64,000 nucleotides of DNA from Lama glama (taxonomy: Eukaryota): contig CM052818.1 of the NCBI GenBank assembly GCA_028534125.1, positions 12,092,001 to 12,156,000 of the forward strand, in the 5' to 3' direction. Both the position numbers and the translations under genes were made by a program. The notes beneath the pieces were generated by a model that worked only from the letters and a program-made list of their open reading frames with translations, ran no database searches and was not told where the DNA came from. Each line of letters opens with the position of its first letter. Position 1 is the first letter of the stretch. Below are positions 1 through 11,367 of this stretch, piece by piece.

Positions 1-19
1 AAATAAATAAATCACACTG

Positions 20-190
20 AAATGCTTACCAAGTTTCAAGTTCTTTAAAAACATATCTCATTTAATCCTCACAATTACTGTCCCAATTACACCAATAGAA
101 GCAACTCATGACTAGGTGAAAGTCACTCCATTTGTAAATGGTTTAGGTAAGAATTCAACTCAGATTTGCCTAACACCAAAACCCATGCTT
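20..190 (-). mobile_element. MIR SINE fragment
   Basis: atctcatttaatcctcacaa...aattcaactcagatttgcctaacaccaaaacccatgcttt resembles the MIR reverse consensus. Confidence 0.6.
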
Positions 191-1622
191 TTATTTGTGC
201 ATTTCTCCCCTAGTTTGCTTGGTCCTATGTTACACCTAGCACACAGAACTCAAACTCTTAGTTCTCTCTCATTTCCTGGAGTTTTAGAAAGTTTTTCACT
301 CAATTGATACTAATACGACAGCAACTTTTTCCACTCCCTAAACCAGTTTCCTTTCATCCTTTTCTTCCCGCTCTTTTCATAATCAAAGAAAGAACTTTAT
401 TTTGTATTCAGCCTTTTCTTTTCCCTCTCCTAACTATTCCTATTAATGCCACAGGCACATTATTTCTCCAGGTCAAGAGTAAATACAAAACGTTTCTGCC
501 TCTTCCCCTTTATATTTCGCTGATTACTGAAAGGCCCTGGCCATAGGTCTCAGAGCTGGAAGATAGCTGTACACGCACAATGAGTTCCACACAGCGGCTG
601 GTTTCTTCCTAGCCTTAAGTAGCAAATGCTCAAGTGTCTGCTGAAAGAGTGAGCCTATCTGGAAAAAATCATGCTTAAAAGGGCTGGATATAAAGGTATT
701 AAGGAAACTTGACTTTACCTACTTCATTTACATACAGGAAGTGATGAGAACTATGATAAAATGTAACAACATGATATAATTTCATACAGATTTGCTTAGC
801 TTTGAAAATAATAAGTAAAAACCAAGTTTAAAGAAGTTATTGCTGATGGCATCTCACTAGAGAGCTGATTTTATGATTTATGAATGTCACTTTCGGTGGA
901 ACAATGACAACATTTAGAACACACAGCTTTATCATATATTCTGAAGCATGGAGACTTTTCCTCAAAATAGCTGAACATTTTTTTAAAGTCCTTCCTCAAT
1001 GGTGTACACTTGCTAAAATTCAGATAGTAGGGGGACTGCATAATATATGAAATGTTGAAAATTGTTGTAAAATAAATATTATTTTGGTAATGAGAAGAAA
1101 TAAGTAAAAAAATATGTGTAGTACTTAGACTGAAAGGAGATTTTTCTGTATTTGAATAGGCACAAATAAATCACACACCTAAGCAAATAAATTCCTTTTT
1201 CACAAAAGGAACCACACAAGTAGTAGGTATGTGCACACATATATCTGTATATACATATATGTATATGTGTATAGACATGCATTTAAACATGCACTTAAAT
1301 TTAAATACATATTAACACATATACTGTTTACATTTGAAAAGAGAAAAGCAGTAAGATCATTATAATCTTTGACATTACTCAAATAGTTCAAACATCAGAA
1401 AACTAAAATATAACTAATAAGCTGTGGGATCCAAAGCTGTAGCTCAGCCATATCAGACATAATTTATTCAACCTCAGTTCCCTGACCTTGAGTCAAGACA
1501 ATATACTACAGATCTCAGCTCTTTGCTATATTAGAGAAAGCACTAATTCAGAGTCTCAACCAACACTTATTCTACAAAGAATTCTACTGTCTATGGATTC
1601 TAAGTACTCTCAAGGTCTTTAT

Positions 1623-1888
1623 CTGCATTATCCAATATGGTAGCCACTGCCTATATGTAGCTATTGAGCCCCTGAAATCTCACTAGATACAACCCAGATT
1701 TTAAAAACTAAAAAAATGAAATATTCCCTTTTTTATATTGATAACATGTTAGAATTATAATACTTCAGATATATTGGATTAAATAATACATATTATTTAA
1801 ATTTCACCTTTCTTTTTATCTTAATGCAGCTCCTAGAAAATTTTAAATTACACATGTGGCTTGCATTACATTTCTACTGAAAGTGCTG
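1623..1888. mobile_element. MER33-like hAT-Charlie DNA transposon
   Basis: tccaatatggtagccact...gctattgagc at the start and aaattacacatgtggcttgcattacatttctactg...gctg at the end match MER33 termini. Confidence 0.8.
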
Positions 1889-2123
1889 CCTATGTCATTC
1901 AAACTAGCCCTCAGAATCACAGCATTTCAAACTTTTTAAATAGAGAAGTTGTTCTTTATTTAACACATTAAATTTTTTATGTTGGTCTTATCTTTCCAAC
2001 TAGATTAGACACTGAGGTGATTAAAAAGAAGTCACTTATTGACTGAATTTCATCCATTTGTTCAAAACTACAATCTTAATTGTATCAGAAAAGGAGCTTT
2101 ATCCTCCATGATCCATGTTTGTT

Positions 2124-2702
2124 TGAGAAGGGTGGCAAAACATGCCACCCTAAATATGCCTCTTTGACATAAGGATTATTTTGAACTAAAGGCACTAGAA
2201 AAATAGCAAATGCAGGGACAGGCCTTCTCTGAAATCCCTTTATTTGCCTAAAGACAGATTGCCCTTCCCCCACCAAAAAAAAAAAAAAAACCTCAATTGT
2301 TATAAATCCCCTCTAGGGGAATTTCATTAACCAGGAAAGACTGAGTCATCGCAGAAGAAGCCGTTAGAGGTTGACACCACTCCCAGACAAACTCTGTCAC
2401 AAACTATCATCCGACATCTATCCTTCCAAAGGCCCGTTCATCTTCCCTAAAAATCATTTACTGTCCCTTAAGTGGCCTATATCCGCTTTTCCCTTTCCCT
2501 GCTAAGAAGGTATATAAGCTCCCAAATCTCACCATGTTTTGGAGCATTCACTTTTCTCCCTGTGATATCACTGTGCAAGTAACATTAAAAAAGTAATAAA
2601 TTTATATACCTTTTCTCCTGTGAATCTGCTTGTTGGCAGTTTATTTCATAAACTCAGCTTTGAAATTTAGGAGGGTAGAAGGAAAGTCTTTCCTCCCCTA
2701 CA
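2124..2702 (+). mobile_element. MER34-like ERV1 solo LTR (antisense within a VRK2 intron)
   Basis: TG...CA ends; atgccaccctaaatatgcctctttgacataaggattattttga 5' motif; TATA (gtatataagct, ~2510); AATAAA (~2595); ends ttcctcccctaca. Confidence 0.8.
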
Positions 2703-3556
2703 GTTTGAAATGTTTAGTAAGGAAATCAAGATTCCCCCAATGAAAGTCTTTTACCAACATCTTAAACTGCTACATTAACAGATGCAATGAGCCAATACAT
2801 TTGGCGGAACTTAACCTGGAGGAAACTTTTTTTAAAATCACTAATATTTAGCTTATTTTATTTATTAAATCTAGTCTTATAATGGATATGCCCTGGTCAT
2901 TAAACTACAGATTTTTTAAGGTAGCTCTGAATTATCCTTTTAAATGAAGGATAATTTTTAAATTTTTAAATGTACTGTGAAAGTATACTCAGGTCAGGTT
3001 CCTTCCCTGAACCAAAGAACACAGAAAACAAATCTGAGTGTCTATTTTCTTAATTATCCCAAGGATGATACATAACTAGTACCACTCTAAATGTACAGGA
3101 GAGAAGTGAATTCACTCCATGCAATAAATGCACTGAGGTATTCAAGACTAAATTCTCTAGTGGTGCCTAGTCAAGAAATGACCAGAACCCTGTACTACTT
3201 AAACATTAATGATTAAGATTCACAAATGGTAAGTGTTTATATTCATACAATTGTGTCCTCTGAGCTGTAAAAAGCAGTGTTTCCAGGAAAATACACTCTC
3301 AAGAAAGAACATTAACATTCTGCCTGGCTGAAACTAATTATGCTCTGAGAACACTTCTAAGAGTCCTTAAGAAAGACCTGAACAACAGGGACTGAGGTCA
3401 GTCATGTCTTGAACCTGGACATTCTACCTAACTATCTTCACAGTACTTAATAACATACATTTATGAATTCTATTTTATTTCAAAGTTTTAATTTTTAAAT
3501 TAAGTAATCACAGACACATATATGAGAATATTTGGTAATTTATAGTTATACTTTAC

Positions 3557-3692
3557 CTAAATATATCAAACCAAATCCTCCAGAGCCAATCATCTTGCCC
3601 AGTATCCACCGTTTTCCTTCGGTATCATCTAGAACCTGGCCTTCTGGAAGTGGAACAGGAAGCTTGTATTTCTCATTTTTTCTTGGTGGCAT
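3557..3692 (-). CDS. VRK2: VRK2 (vaccinia-related kinase 2) first coding exon, 136 coding nt; the gene continues beyond the left edge of the window
   Basis: Translation [45 protein letters not shown] matches the VRK2 N-terminus and includes the kinase Gly-rich loop (GSGGFG). ATG at 3692-3690; phase-1 donor TAG|GTAAAG after 3557; acceptor CTTCTGCCCGCAG|AAGTGATG puts the exon start at 3697. Confidence 0.96.
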
Positions 3693-4839
3693 CACTTCTG
3701 CGGGCAGAAGGGATGAGATGGTGATTAGAAACAAACCAAGAAAGAAAATTCCAGCTAAAACACATTTCTCAAAATGTCTTCTGTGGGGCACTTTCCCGGG
3801 TTTCCAGATATTAGAATTCTAAAGTCAACTGGGTTTGGGAAAACTCACACACTACATTCAAACTGGAGATTCACCGACAATACAATATTGAAATCTAAGA
3901 GTCACTGATGTCAAAAAACAAAACAATGATCCTGTTGAACCTCACTTAACATTGCAAAATTCAATTAGGAGGTCAAAATACCTATTAACAGTGCAGAATA
4001 CACCTTAAGAAATGAGTTAACAATTCCCAATTACAAAGAGAAAATAAATTTCATGTATATGAAAATACTTTCATTGAGAATGCTAAGTGTCAAAAGTGTG
4101 GTCTTCAGTCACTAGAAAAAATCCAGCTTTGGATTGGAAAAACATGGATGATAACAATATACATCATTACCAAGCTCAGCAGCTGACATAGAGTAGGTAC
4201 TCAGTAAGTACTTCGTAAATGAGCCCAGGATTTTCACAGATGTGTAACTAATCAGAGCACTGGGCAGTTTCAGGGCTGGCACATTACTCTTTCAGCTTCT
4301 TTCTGTTTCTCTATAGCCTGTCCCATTTTAAAAACTGATGAGTACTTTTGAAATGAAAGTTAGTGTTCATTGTGTAAGCTATCCATTTTGAATGAGAAGG
4401 TTTCGGTTCCTTTATCAGGTTTTCCCTCCTTCACTTACTTTAATCCAACGCCCTGTTTTTACTTAGCACCACCCGTGATAGAGCAAAGGAACACAGCTGA
4501 AATCTTCAACAGTATTCACCTGTCCTCCTCCTAATCAGAACACAAGGGAGGCCAGGAATTTAGATGAACGACGCCTAAAATAGGAAGTTTTGACCACTAC
4601 TTTATATATACCGACCGGTACCTTGACCAGTACTTTATATAAACTGGTATCCAACACATATTTGCTGATTTAAAACCTTAAGTCTTCAACTTCGCAGTGG
4701 AGTCTAAATTCTTAATCAGTATAAGGAAGATAAAGTTAGTCTGGGGTCAAGTCCATAGCATTATCAGAACTTGAGCCCTGAAAGGCGACTCTAACTATAA
4801 AACGCACATCCTGGGCACTGGTACCGAGTTTTAAGTTCA

Positions 4840-5900
4840 CAGAAGGAAGCGCCAGCCCGACTTGAGCGTCCCTGCCCTGCAGCTCCGGGGTTCCTTCCCA
4901 GAGCTACGATGAAAACCGCTCAACTCGAGTTTCCGGGAACAAACTGGTACCCAGAGGCCTGAACGAGCCACGCCCGGGCTTGGAGTGGCCGCGGCGACGG
5001 ACCGTGAGGGCGGAGGCAGGGGCGGGGACCGCGCAGCCGACCGCCCGCCCGTTCCCCCTCGGCGTCCCGGGACCCCCGCCAGGCCGGCCCGTAACACCGA
5101 GAAGCCCGCCGGCGTCTGGGACTCACTTCCCGCCTCACTCTCCCCGGACCGGCGGAGAGAAACCCGACCCCCTTCCCCGCCTACCTCCTCCGCCCGGCGC
5201 TTCGGGCGAACGCGAGGCAAAGGGGCGCCGGGCTCTCGCTCCGAGTTAGGAAAGTCAGAACCAACCGCGGAAGACGGGACCCCGCCGGCGAGGGGCTGGG
5301 GCGCTGCCCGGAGGCCCGGGCGTCTGTCTCCGACGGCAGCTCCTCCCAGGGCTTGGGGCGCCGGGCGAGGAAGTGCGGAGGCCCGCCGCGACGCCCGGGG
5401 CTCGGGAGCGAGAGAAGGCTGACCAGACCCTCGGCGTCCCGGCCGCCAGGCCGCGCGCGCTGCCTCCCGGGCCTTCACTGGGCCGGGCGGGGCGGCGGGC
5501 CTCCAATCCCGCGGGGAGGCGGGCCCGGAGCCGAGCCGGCCCTCGGAAGAGGCTACACTAACTGTCTGCACCTGGGCCCGCAGCGCAGGGTGCGCCCGGC
5601 CCCGCTCGCTGAGGGCGGAGACGCCGGCCTCGGGGCCCGCGGAGCCTCGCACAGGCCGCAGCCGGCTCTCTCCTCCCAGCTCGCTGTCTGCGCTCGCGGA
5701 CGCCGAGGAGAGGCAGCGGCGGGTCTACATCTGGAATGGGAGCTGTGTTTTTACCATCCACCCTGGCCCGCCGGAGCCTGGAGGATGAGCCATCAGATCA
5801 GTGTCGGGTGCATTTGCGTAGAAGAAATTCCAGGTCTCTGGTACCATGATCTCAGTACCTAGAGTTTCCAAATCAATGGCCGGCCCTTGCTGAGCACTTA
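4840..5900 (-). promoter_or_regulatory. VRK2: CpG island, VRK2 promoter and non-coding first exon(s)
   Basis: Very GC- and CpG-rich block in an AT-rich background, 1.1-2.2 kb upstream of the first coding exon. GC box GGGGCGGGG at 5019-5027, ETS-like GGAAG motifs (e.g. AGGAAGTG 5368-5375), CCAAT at 5503. The exact TSS and exon 1 limits cannot be fixed from sequence. Confidence 0.9.
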
Positions 5901-6111
5901 CCCGGCAACTAGTCATCTAGCCAGACCTCTAGAGCCAGAAGCCTGGTGTGAATAGGGAGGCCTGTGACCCAGCGTTTACGTTCTCAGAGGCACACTGACT
6001 CAAAACACATTTATTAGTCTGATAATCTTGACTAAACGCTAATTACTTTACAAAACTTCAAATTTTTGTTTGTGAAACGGAAATAACCCTAGTTATTTAG
6101 GTTATAAGCTC

Positions 6112-6550
6112 TGTTGAGGAAAAACATTATTGTGACTTTTTCAAAATGGTAGGGAAGACTTTATTACAAACTTAATAGGAAAAAGAGCTATGCTCAACTC
6201 CAAAGACAACAAAGAAAAGTAGGAGTTTATACTCAAGGAGTAGATTGGGGGCCAGTAGATGGAAAATTACTAAGAAGAAATATCAGGGGTGAGGAGAGAA
6301 TTCTGGCTAAATTGAGCTAACAGAATTCTTGTTGAAGGCAGGCCAGGCTAATCAGATGTCATACGAGGGGAGGTGGAGGATGAGGAACTGGATTAGAGAT
6401 GGAGGATGGTGAACTCTGGCTAAACTTAGCAGGATATTTGCTAAAACTGGACAATGTAGAGAGAACATGGAAGTCCAAAAGTCAAGGCCTATTTAAAAAG
6501 AGTTCAGGGGAGCCTAAGTAGAGTTCGGTCAAGGGGAGGCGTCTCCATCA
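6112..6550 (-). mobile_element. MER31/MER67-like ERV1 solo LTR
   Basis: Minus strand begins TGATGGAGACGCCTCCCCTTGACCGAACTCTACTTAGGCTCCCCTGAAC, contains CCAGTTTTAGCAAATATCCTGCTAAG and AATAAAGTCTTCCCTACC, and ends CA. Confidence 0.75.
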
Positions 6551-7174
6551 AGTTATTAGTTATAAGAATACTATGATAACTGAAAGAAATAAGTAGTTTT
6601 CAAATATATAATAAGGACTCGTAATGAGCTTATAATATTTTAGGGTAGAGAAAACAAATGTTCAGAAAGCAATTATTAAACAATACATCAACATCTTATA
6701 TAGGAAGTCAGTAATTGCTTGGGATGCAAACGCTGAGAGGAAAATCAAAATCCTGTAATGACTTTGACAGAATAAGGTTTTAGGACTTCCTACATCTATC
6801 AAAATGTCACCAAATGAAAGATGGCATGAGAAGACATTTCTTAAAAAGCACTCATGCTGTGGATATAAAAGCATTTTAAAGAAACTCAACAGTCTATATA
6901 TAGAATAATCCCACCCTTAAGGTTGTCATTTACTAACCTAACAACATTCATTCTTATTTCCATAGGATGTGTGTGTGTGTATAATAAACGCTATTGATTG
7001 CCTATCCAAACATTTATACGGGCATTAAATCTCCCATACCAAATTGGTTTAGGTTTCTACCCATCTCCGCAGGTTACTTTCTTTGGGAAGATGCAGCTCC
7101 AGCATCAGGCACAACAGATTACTTTTGAAGGGTCATATGTGGCTCCTCTCTTTCATACCTATACCAATATGTTA

Positions 7175-7378
7175 GCGCATAGCCCTTTCTGGCTGCTATA
7201 CCAGAATACCATAGGCCAGGTCATTTATCAACAGCAGAAGTGTATTTCACACAGTTCTGAGGCTGGGAAGTTCATGAATCAGTTACCTCCCAATGGCCCT
7301 ACCTCCAAATACCGTCACATTGGGGATTACATTTCAACATACACATTTTAGGAGGCCACAAATATTTAGTCCATGGAA
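7175..7378 (-). mobile_element. MLT1A-type MaLR LTR, internally deleted
   Basis: ggctgctataccagaataccatag...cacagttctgaggctgggaag joined directly to acctcccaatggccctacctccaaataccgtcacattgggg...atttcaacat. Confidence 0.75.
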
Positions 7379-7384
7379 TCTGGT

Positions 7385-8335
7385 AAATCCTGTTAGGTCA
7401 ACCTTCAAAATATATCCAGAATCCATCACTTTCTACCACCCCTACTGCTATCATCCTGGTCTAAAACCCACATCTTTTCCAGATACTCATAGTACCCTCC
7501 TAAATGCTATCCTATTTCCTACCCTTCTGCCCCTTCAGTCTATCTGTAAAAAATAGCCACATGACCTTTTTTAAAAGCTTAGATCTCTCCTCTGCTCAAA
7601 ATACTTCAGTGTCATTCTAATTCACTCACTGTTAGCCAGTCTTTACTATAACCTAAAACAGTGTTTTTCAACCTTGGCACTATTAATATTTGGGCCAGAT
7701 AATTCCTTGTTGAGAAGGGAAGGATGGTCAAAAGGTGGATTCTCCTGTGCATTATAGGTTATTTACCAGAACCCTGGGCCTCTGCAGTACCACTCCTCCC
7801 AAGTTATGACAATCAGAAATGTCCCCCAGACATTACTAAAATTTGTAAATTTTGCTAAAAATCGTTGCTGGTTGAGACTGACTTGCCTACAATAATCCAA
7901 ATGTTCTTCACCTCCCCCATTCCTATTATTCTTTCCAACCACTGGGGCCTCCTTGCTGTTCTCAGGACTTTAGCACTTTTCATTCTGCCTGGACCACTCT
8001 TCAATCCCATATCTGTATCGCCTGCTTTATCACCTTCTTCAGGTCTCTATTCAAAAGTCAAGTCAGTGAGACCTTTCCTTATCCTATCTAAAATTTTATA
8101 CCTACAATATTTCATAGCCCCTTTTCCTTTTTTCCTCCTAGTGCTTAATACTGTAAAACAACATATTATATAGATTACTTATTTATTCTGAAAATAGACA
8201 CACAGTATTCCTCAGTAAATTGTATGCTCCATGAGAGCAGGCAACATATTTTACTGTTTTAATCACTACTGTAGTCCCAGCCCCTAGAATGCATATAGAA
8301 AACATACCATTTTCTTTTTAAAAGAATAAATGAAT
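7385..8335 (+). mobile_element. L2 LINE 3' region, interrupted by MER20
   Basis: accttcaaaatatatccagaatcc..., tgtatgctccatgagagcagg, and a gaataaatgaat tail are typical of L2. Confidence 0.7.
7659..7883. mobile_element. MER20 hAT-Charlie DNA transposon
   Basis: cagtgtttttcaaccttggcactattaatatttgggccagataattc...tgacaatcagaaatgtcccccagacatt...ggttgaga; degenerate 8-bp flanks acctaaaa / gcctacaa. Confidence 0.8.
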
Positions 8336-9657
8336 CATGGTGGTACCATTCCCTTTTCCAGTGATTGGTTTAGATGTATGAAGTAGGCATGTATGAAGTG
8401 TAGGTAATAAGAGGTGAAAAAAGTTTCCTGTACACTTCTATAAAGAGATGGTCTCTTCTGCCTAGAATTTCCTCAGTCATCTTGTGATCATGAATATAGA
8501 ACAAAGTACGAATCTAATACACCAGAAACTGCAGAACATCCAACAAATAAAGTTAGAACACTTAGACTATCAATCTATTTATCTGTCTGTCTGTCTATTA
8601 TATATATGTAGAAAGAAAGAACAGAACCTCAACCCTTAACTCATACCCACATAAAAATTAACTTAAAATTGATCATAAACCTAAATCTAAATATAAGAGT
8701 TTAAAATATAAAATTTTTGGAAGAAAATCTAGAATAAAGTCTTTATGATCTTGGATTTGGCAAGTCTTGGTAATCTTTGAGTTTGTGTAATTAGAATGTA
8801 CCTGGGGGAGGGGAGGAGCTGAAAGCCCAAAATAAAAAATTGGTAATTAATTTCATAAAAAGTAAAATTTTTTGCTCTTCACAAAGCAGTTGCATATCAA
8901 GTTTTAGTAAGTATGTGGAGTAACTGGAACTCTCTTACACTGCTGATGGGGATCCAAAATGGTACAGCTACTTTGGAAAACTGTCAGTTTCTTATAATGT
9001 TAAGCATATAATTATAATGTTGAACATATAATTAGCATATGACCCAGTATTCATGTTCTAAGTATTTACCCAAGAGAAATGTAAACCTATGTCTACATAA
9101 GGACTTGTAGACATGGGTGTACACATTGTGGTATGCAACATATCTCCTATGCAATGGACTACCACTCAGCAATAAGAAGGAACAAAGTATTGATACAAGC
9201 AACAACCTTGATGAATCTCAAAAGCATGATGCTTCTTGAAGGAAAGAAGACACAAAAGAGTACATACTGTATAATTCCATTGAAATTGCCAGGGACTGGG
9301 CTGGGAGGATGGGATTGGCTACAAAGATATTAATGGAACTTTTCAGAATGACAGAAATGTTTCATTCTTCAACTGTGGCAGTGATTACATGATTATACAT
9401 TTGTAAAAACTCATTTAATTATACACTTAAAATTTATGAATTGTATTATTTGTAAGTTATGCCTCAATAAAACTGACTTAAAAGAAAAGAATGGCTGAAG
9501 AGAAAGATAGGAACCTGAGCCTTGAGACCTTTATTGAACTATTCATTCAGCCACCTTACCTTTCATAGTCATCCATGGGGTGTCAGGTATCCTTATTGTT
9601 TACGCCATTTAGCATCAGTTTTTATGTTTCTTACAGCCAAAATGTTCCTAACAGATA
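8335..9657 (+). mobile_element. Old MLT1 (J/K-like) MaLR LTR split by an L1 insertion
   Basis: 5' part accattcccttttccagtgattggtttag (8335-8540); 3' part ccttattgtttacgcca...cttacagccaaaatgttcctaacagata (9490-9657). Confidence 0.55.
8620..9490 (+). mobile_element. Old L1M (L1MC/MD-like) 3' fragment
   Basis: tgtggagtaactggaactctcttacactgctgatggg, tatgacccag, gtatttacccaagagaaatg; ends tatgcctcaataaaactgacttaaaa. Confidence 0.8.
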
Positions 9658-11153
9658 AAGTTTCAAGCACTAATGAATTTAAAATGTTAATAAATTTGTA
9701 ATAAATAAAAATGGCAACAGAAGTACAGATAAATCTGTATTGAGCATACATGGGTTTTCTTAAGGGTTGGGATTTAATGCAGAATTTTATGATTCAGAGC
9801 ATATTGCTGTGTGTATGTTTCAAGATGAAAACTGACAGAATATAGAAATACAAATTTTGGAACTAGTGAAAGAACAACTTCTGAATGAACAGGATAAGAA
9901 ACAAGAAAGAAAAGAGAATCTAGACATGAAAGCACTGAAGTATGAGGCATCAAAAGAAAAAAAAATAGGGAAAACAAGATTTTCAAACAACACTATTTTG
10001 ATAGATCTTACAAATCATGAATGATACACCACAAACACACACACACACAAAAGGACTTTCTTGGCCGTGTACCAACTTGTAGGTATGGTATGGGTTCTGC
10101 TTTTCAAAGAAACAGGTGCTGTAGAAATGCTTATGCTGGTTCAAAGGAAAGAGAAAAAAACCTAACCATTGAGTGAGCATACTTCGCAAGGCCAAGATCA
10201 TTTCAAATCAATTAAAGTGTTAAAGATGTTGCATAGAAAAAACATTCAGAAAAATCCAATCTTTGTTATTTAATGTGAGAAAGGGAGATCACTTCATTGG
10301 AAACATTTTCCCTGCCAAAGAAGCTGGTTTTGTTTTATAAAAATCAGGAGGCCATTTGCACTCATAAACGCACAATCCCTGGAGAGCTAAGCAGTTACTG
10401 ACATAGAAATTTTGAAAATAATAGTATTCAGATAAATGGAATCTCAAAGCTATCAGATAAACAATCAGAGGAAATAGCTATGCTCTTTGCATTCTTTACA
10501 TACAAGACCATTACCCAGTATGAACTTATTTGTCTAAAAGACCTAATTCTTGATTGTCCCTATAAATGAAAGACAAGGATACAAAAATAATTTTTTTATT
10601 TCATTTGTCAGTATGTCAACAGGCTCCATAAAATCTTTCCCAGAGATAATAATTGGCCCTGAGGCCAAACAATTGGCAGTAAATATGTATCAAATTATCC
10701 CCCAAACAACTGAGCATGGTAAAATCTAATACTAGTTAGCCAAAAGTGGTGTTAGTCCTACCCTGTCCGTTCCCTAACACAAGCAACATAAAAGGTTAAT
10801 TAATTATAAGACTATATTCACATTTTACATCCTCTTCCTCCCTAACTGACATGCCTGCAATAATCAAAAATATGAGCTGGAAAAGGAGGAAGAGGAACTG
10901 GCCCAATGATTTTTAAGCAGAAGCTGTGCTTTCAGGAAGAAGGGAACTGATGACGTATTGAAAGCAGAGGTAGGAATGGTTTTCCCCTGTGTCGCATGGG
11001 CCATGCTTTTAGGCGTTCCTTTCAAGTATTCCCAGCCCCAACTCTTCCAGTTTTTATTCTAAGGCCCTAGAGGCCTTGATCTCAGGTTGTCTGAGATAAA
11101 ATTATGGAGGATCTTAAATGCTTGATAAGGAGTTTGGATTTTACATTAGAGAG

Positions 11154-11367
11154 CTGTGCATGTTCCGTATGGTAGCCACAAACCACTTGTGACCATTTAC
11201 ACTTTAATTAATTGAAATTAAGTACAATTAACAATTCAGTCCCTTAGTTTCATAAGCCATGTTTCAAGTGCCCAATAGCTACAGGTAACTAGTAGCTACG
11301 CTATTGGATAGAACAGGTTACAGAATATTTCCATTACCATAGACAGTTTTTATGTTGGACAGCACTG
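11154..11367. mobile_element. MER3 hAT-Charlie DNA transposon
   Basis: tatggtagccac...ttcaagtgcccaatagctac...tattggatag...ttggacagcactg, ~210 bp, collinear with MER3. Confidence 0.8.

Noticed and set aside
1..3556. Further VRK2 coding exons downstream of the first coding exon
   Set aside because: No frame continues the kinase domain here; the next exon must lie beyond the left edge of the window.
3698..3791. Hydrophobic N-terminal extension (MPHRRHF...[16 protein letters not shown]) in ORF 3546-3791
   Set aside because: Starts at GTG and simply translates the intron's polypyrimidine tract upstream of the acceptor; the terminal GKV is read-through of the donor.
4837..5862. Long overlapping ORFs (271, 169, 145 aa and others) across the CpG island
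   Set aside because: Ala/Arg/Pro/Gly-rich, many with non-ATG starts, on both strands and with no recognisable domain; expected from stop-codon scarcity in GC-rich DNA.
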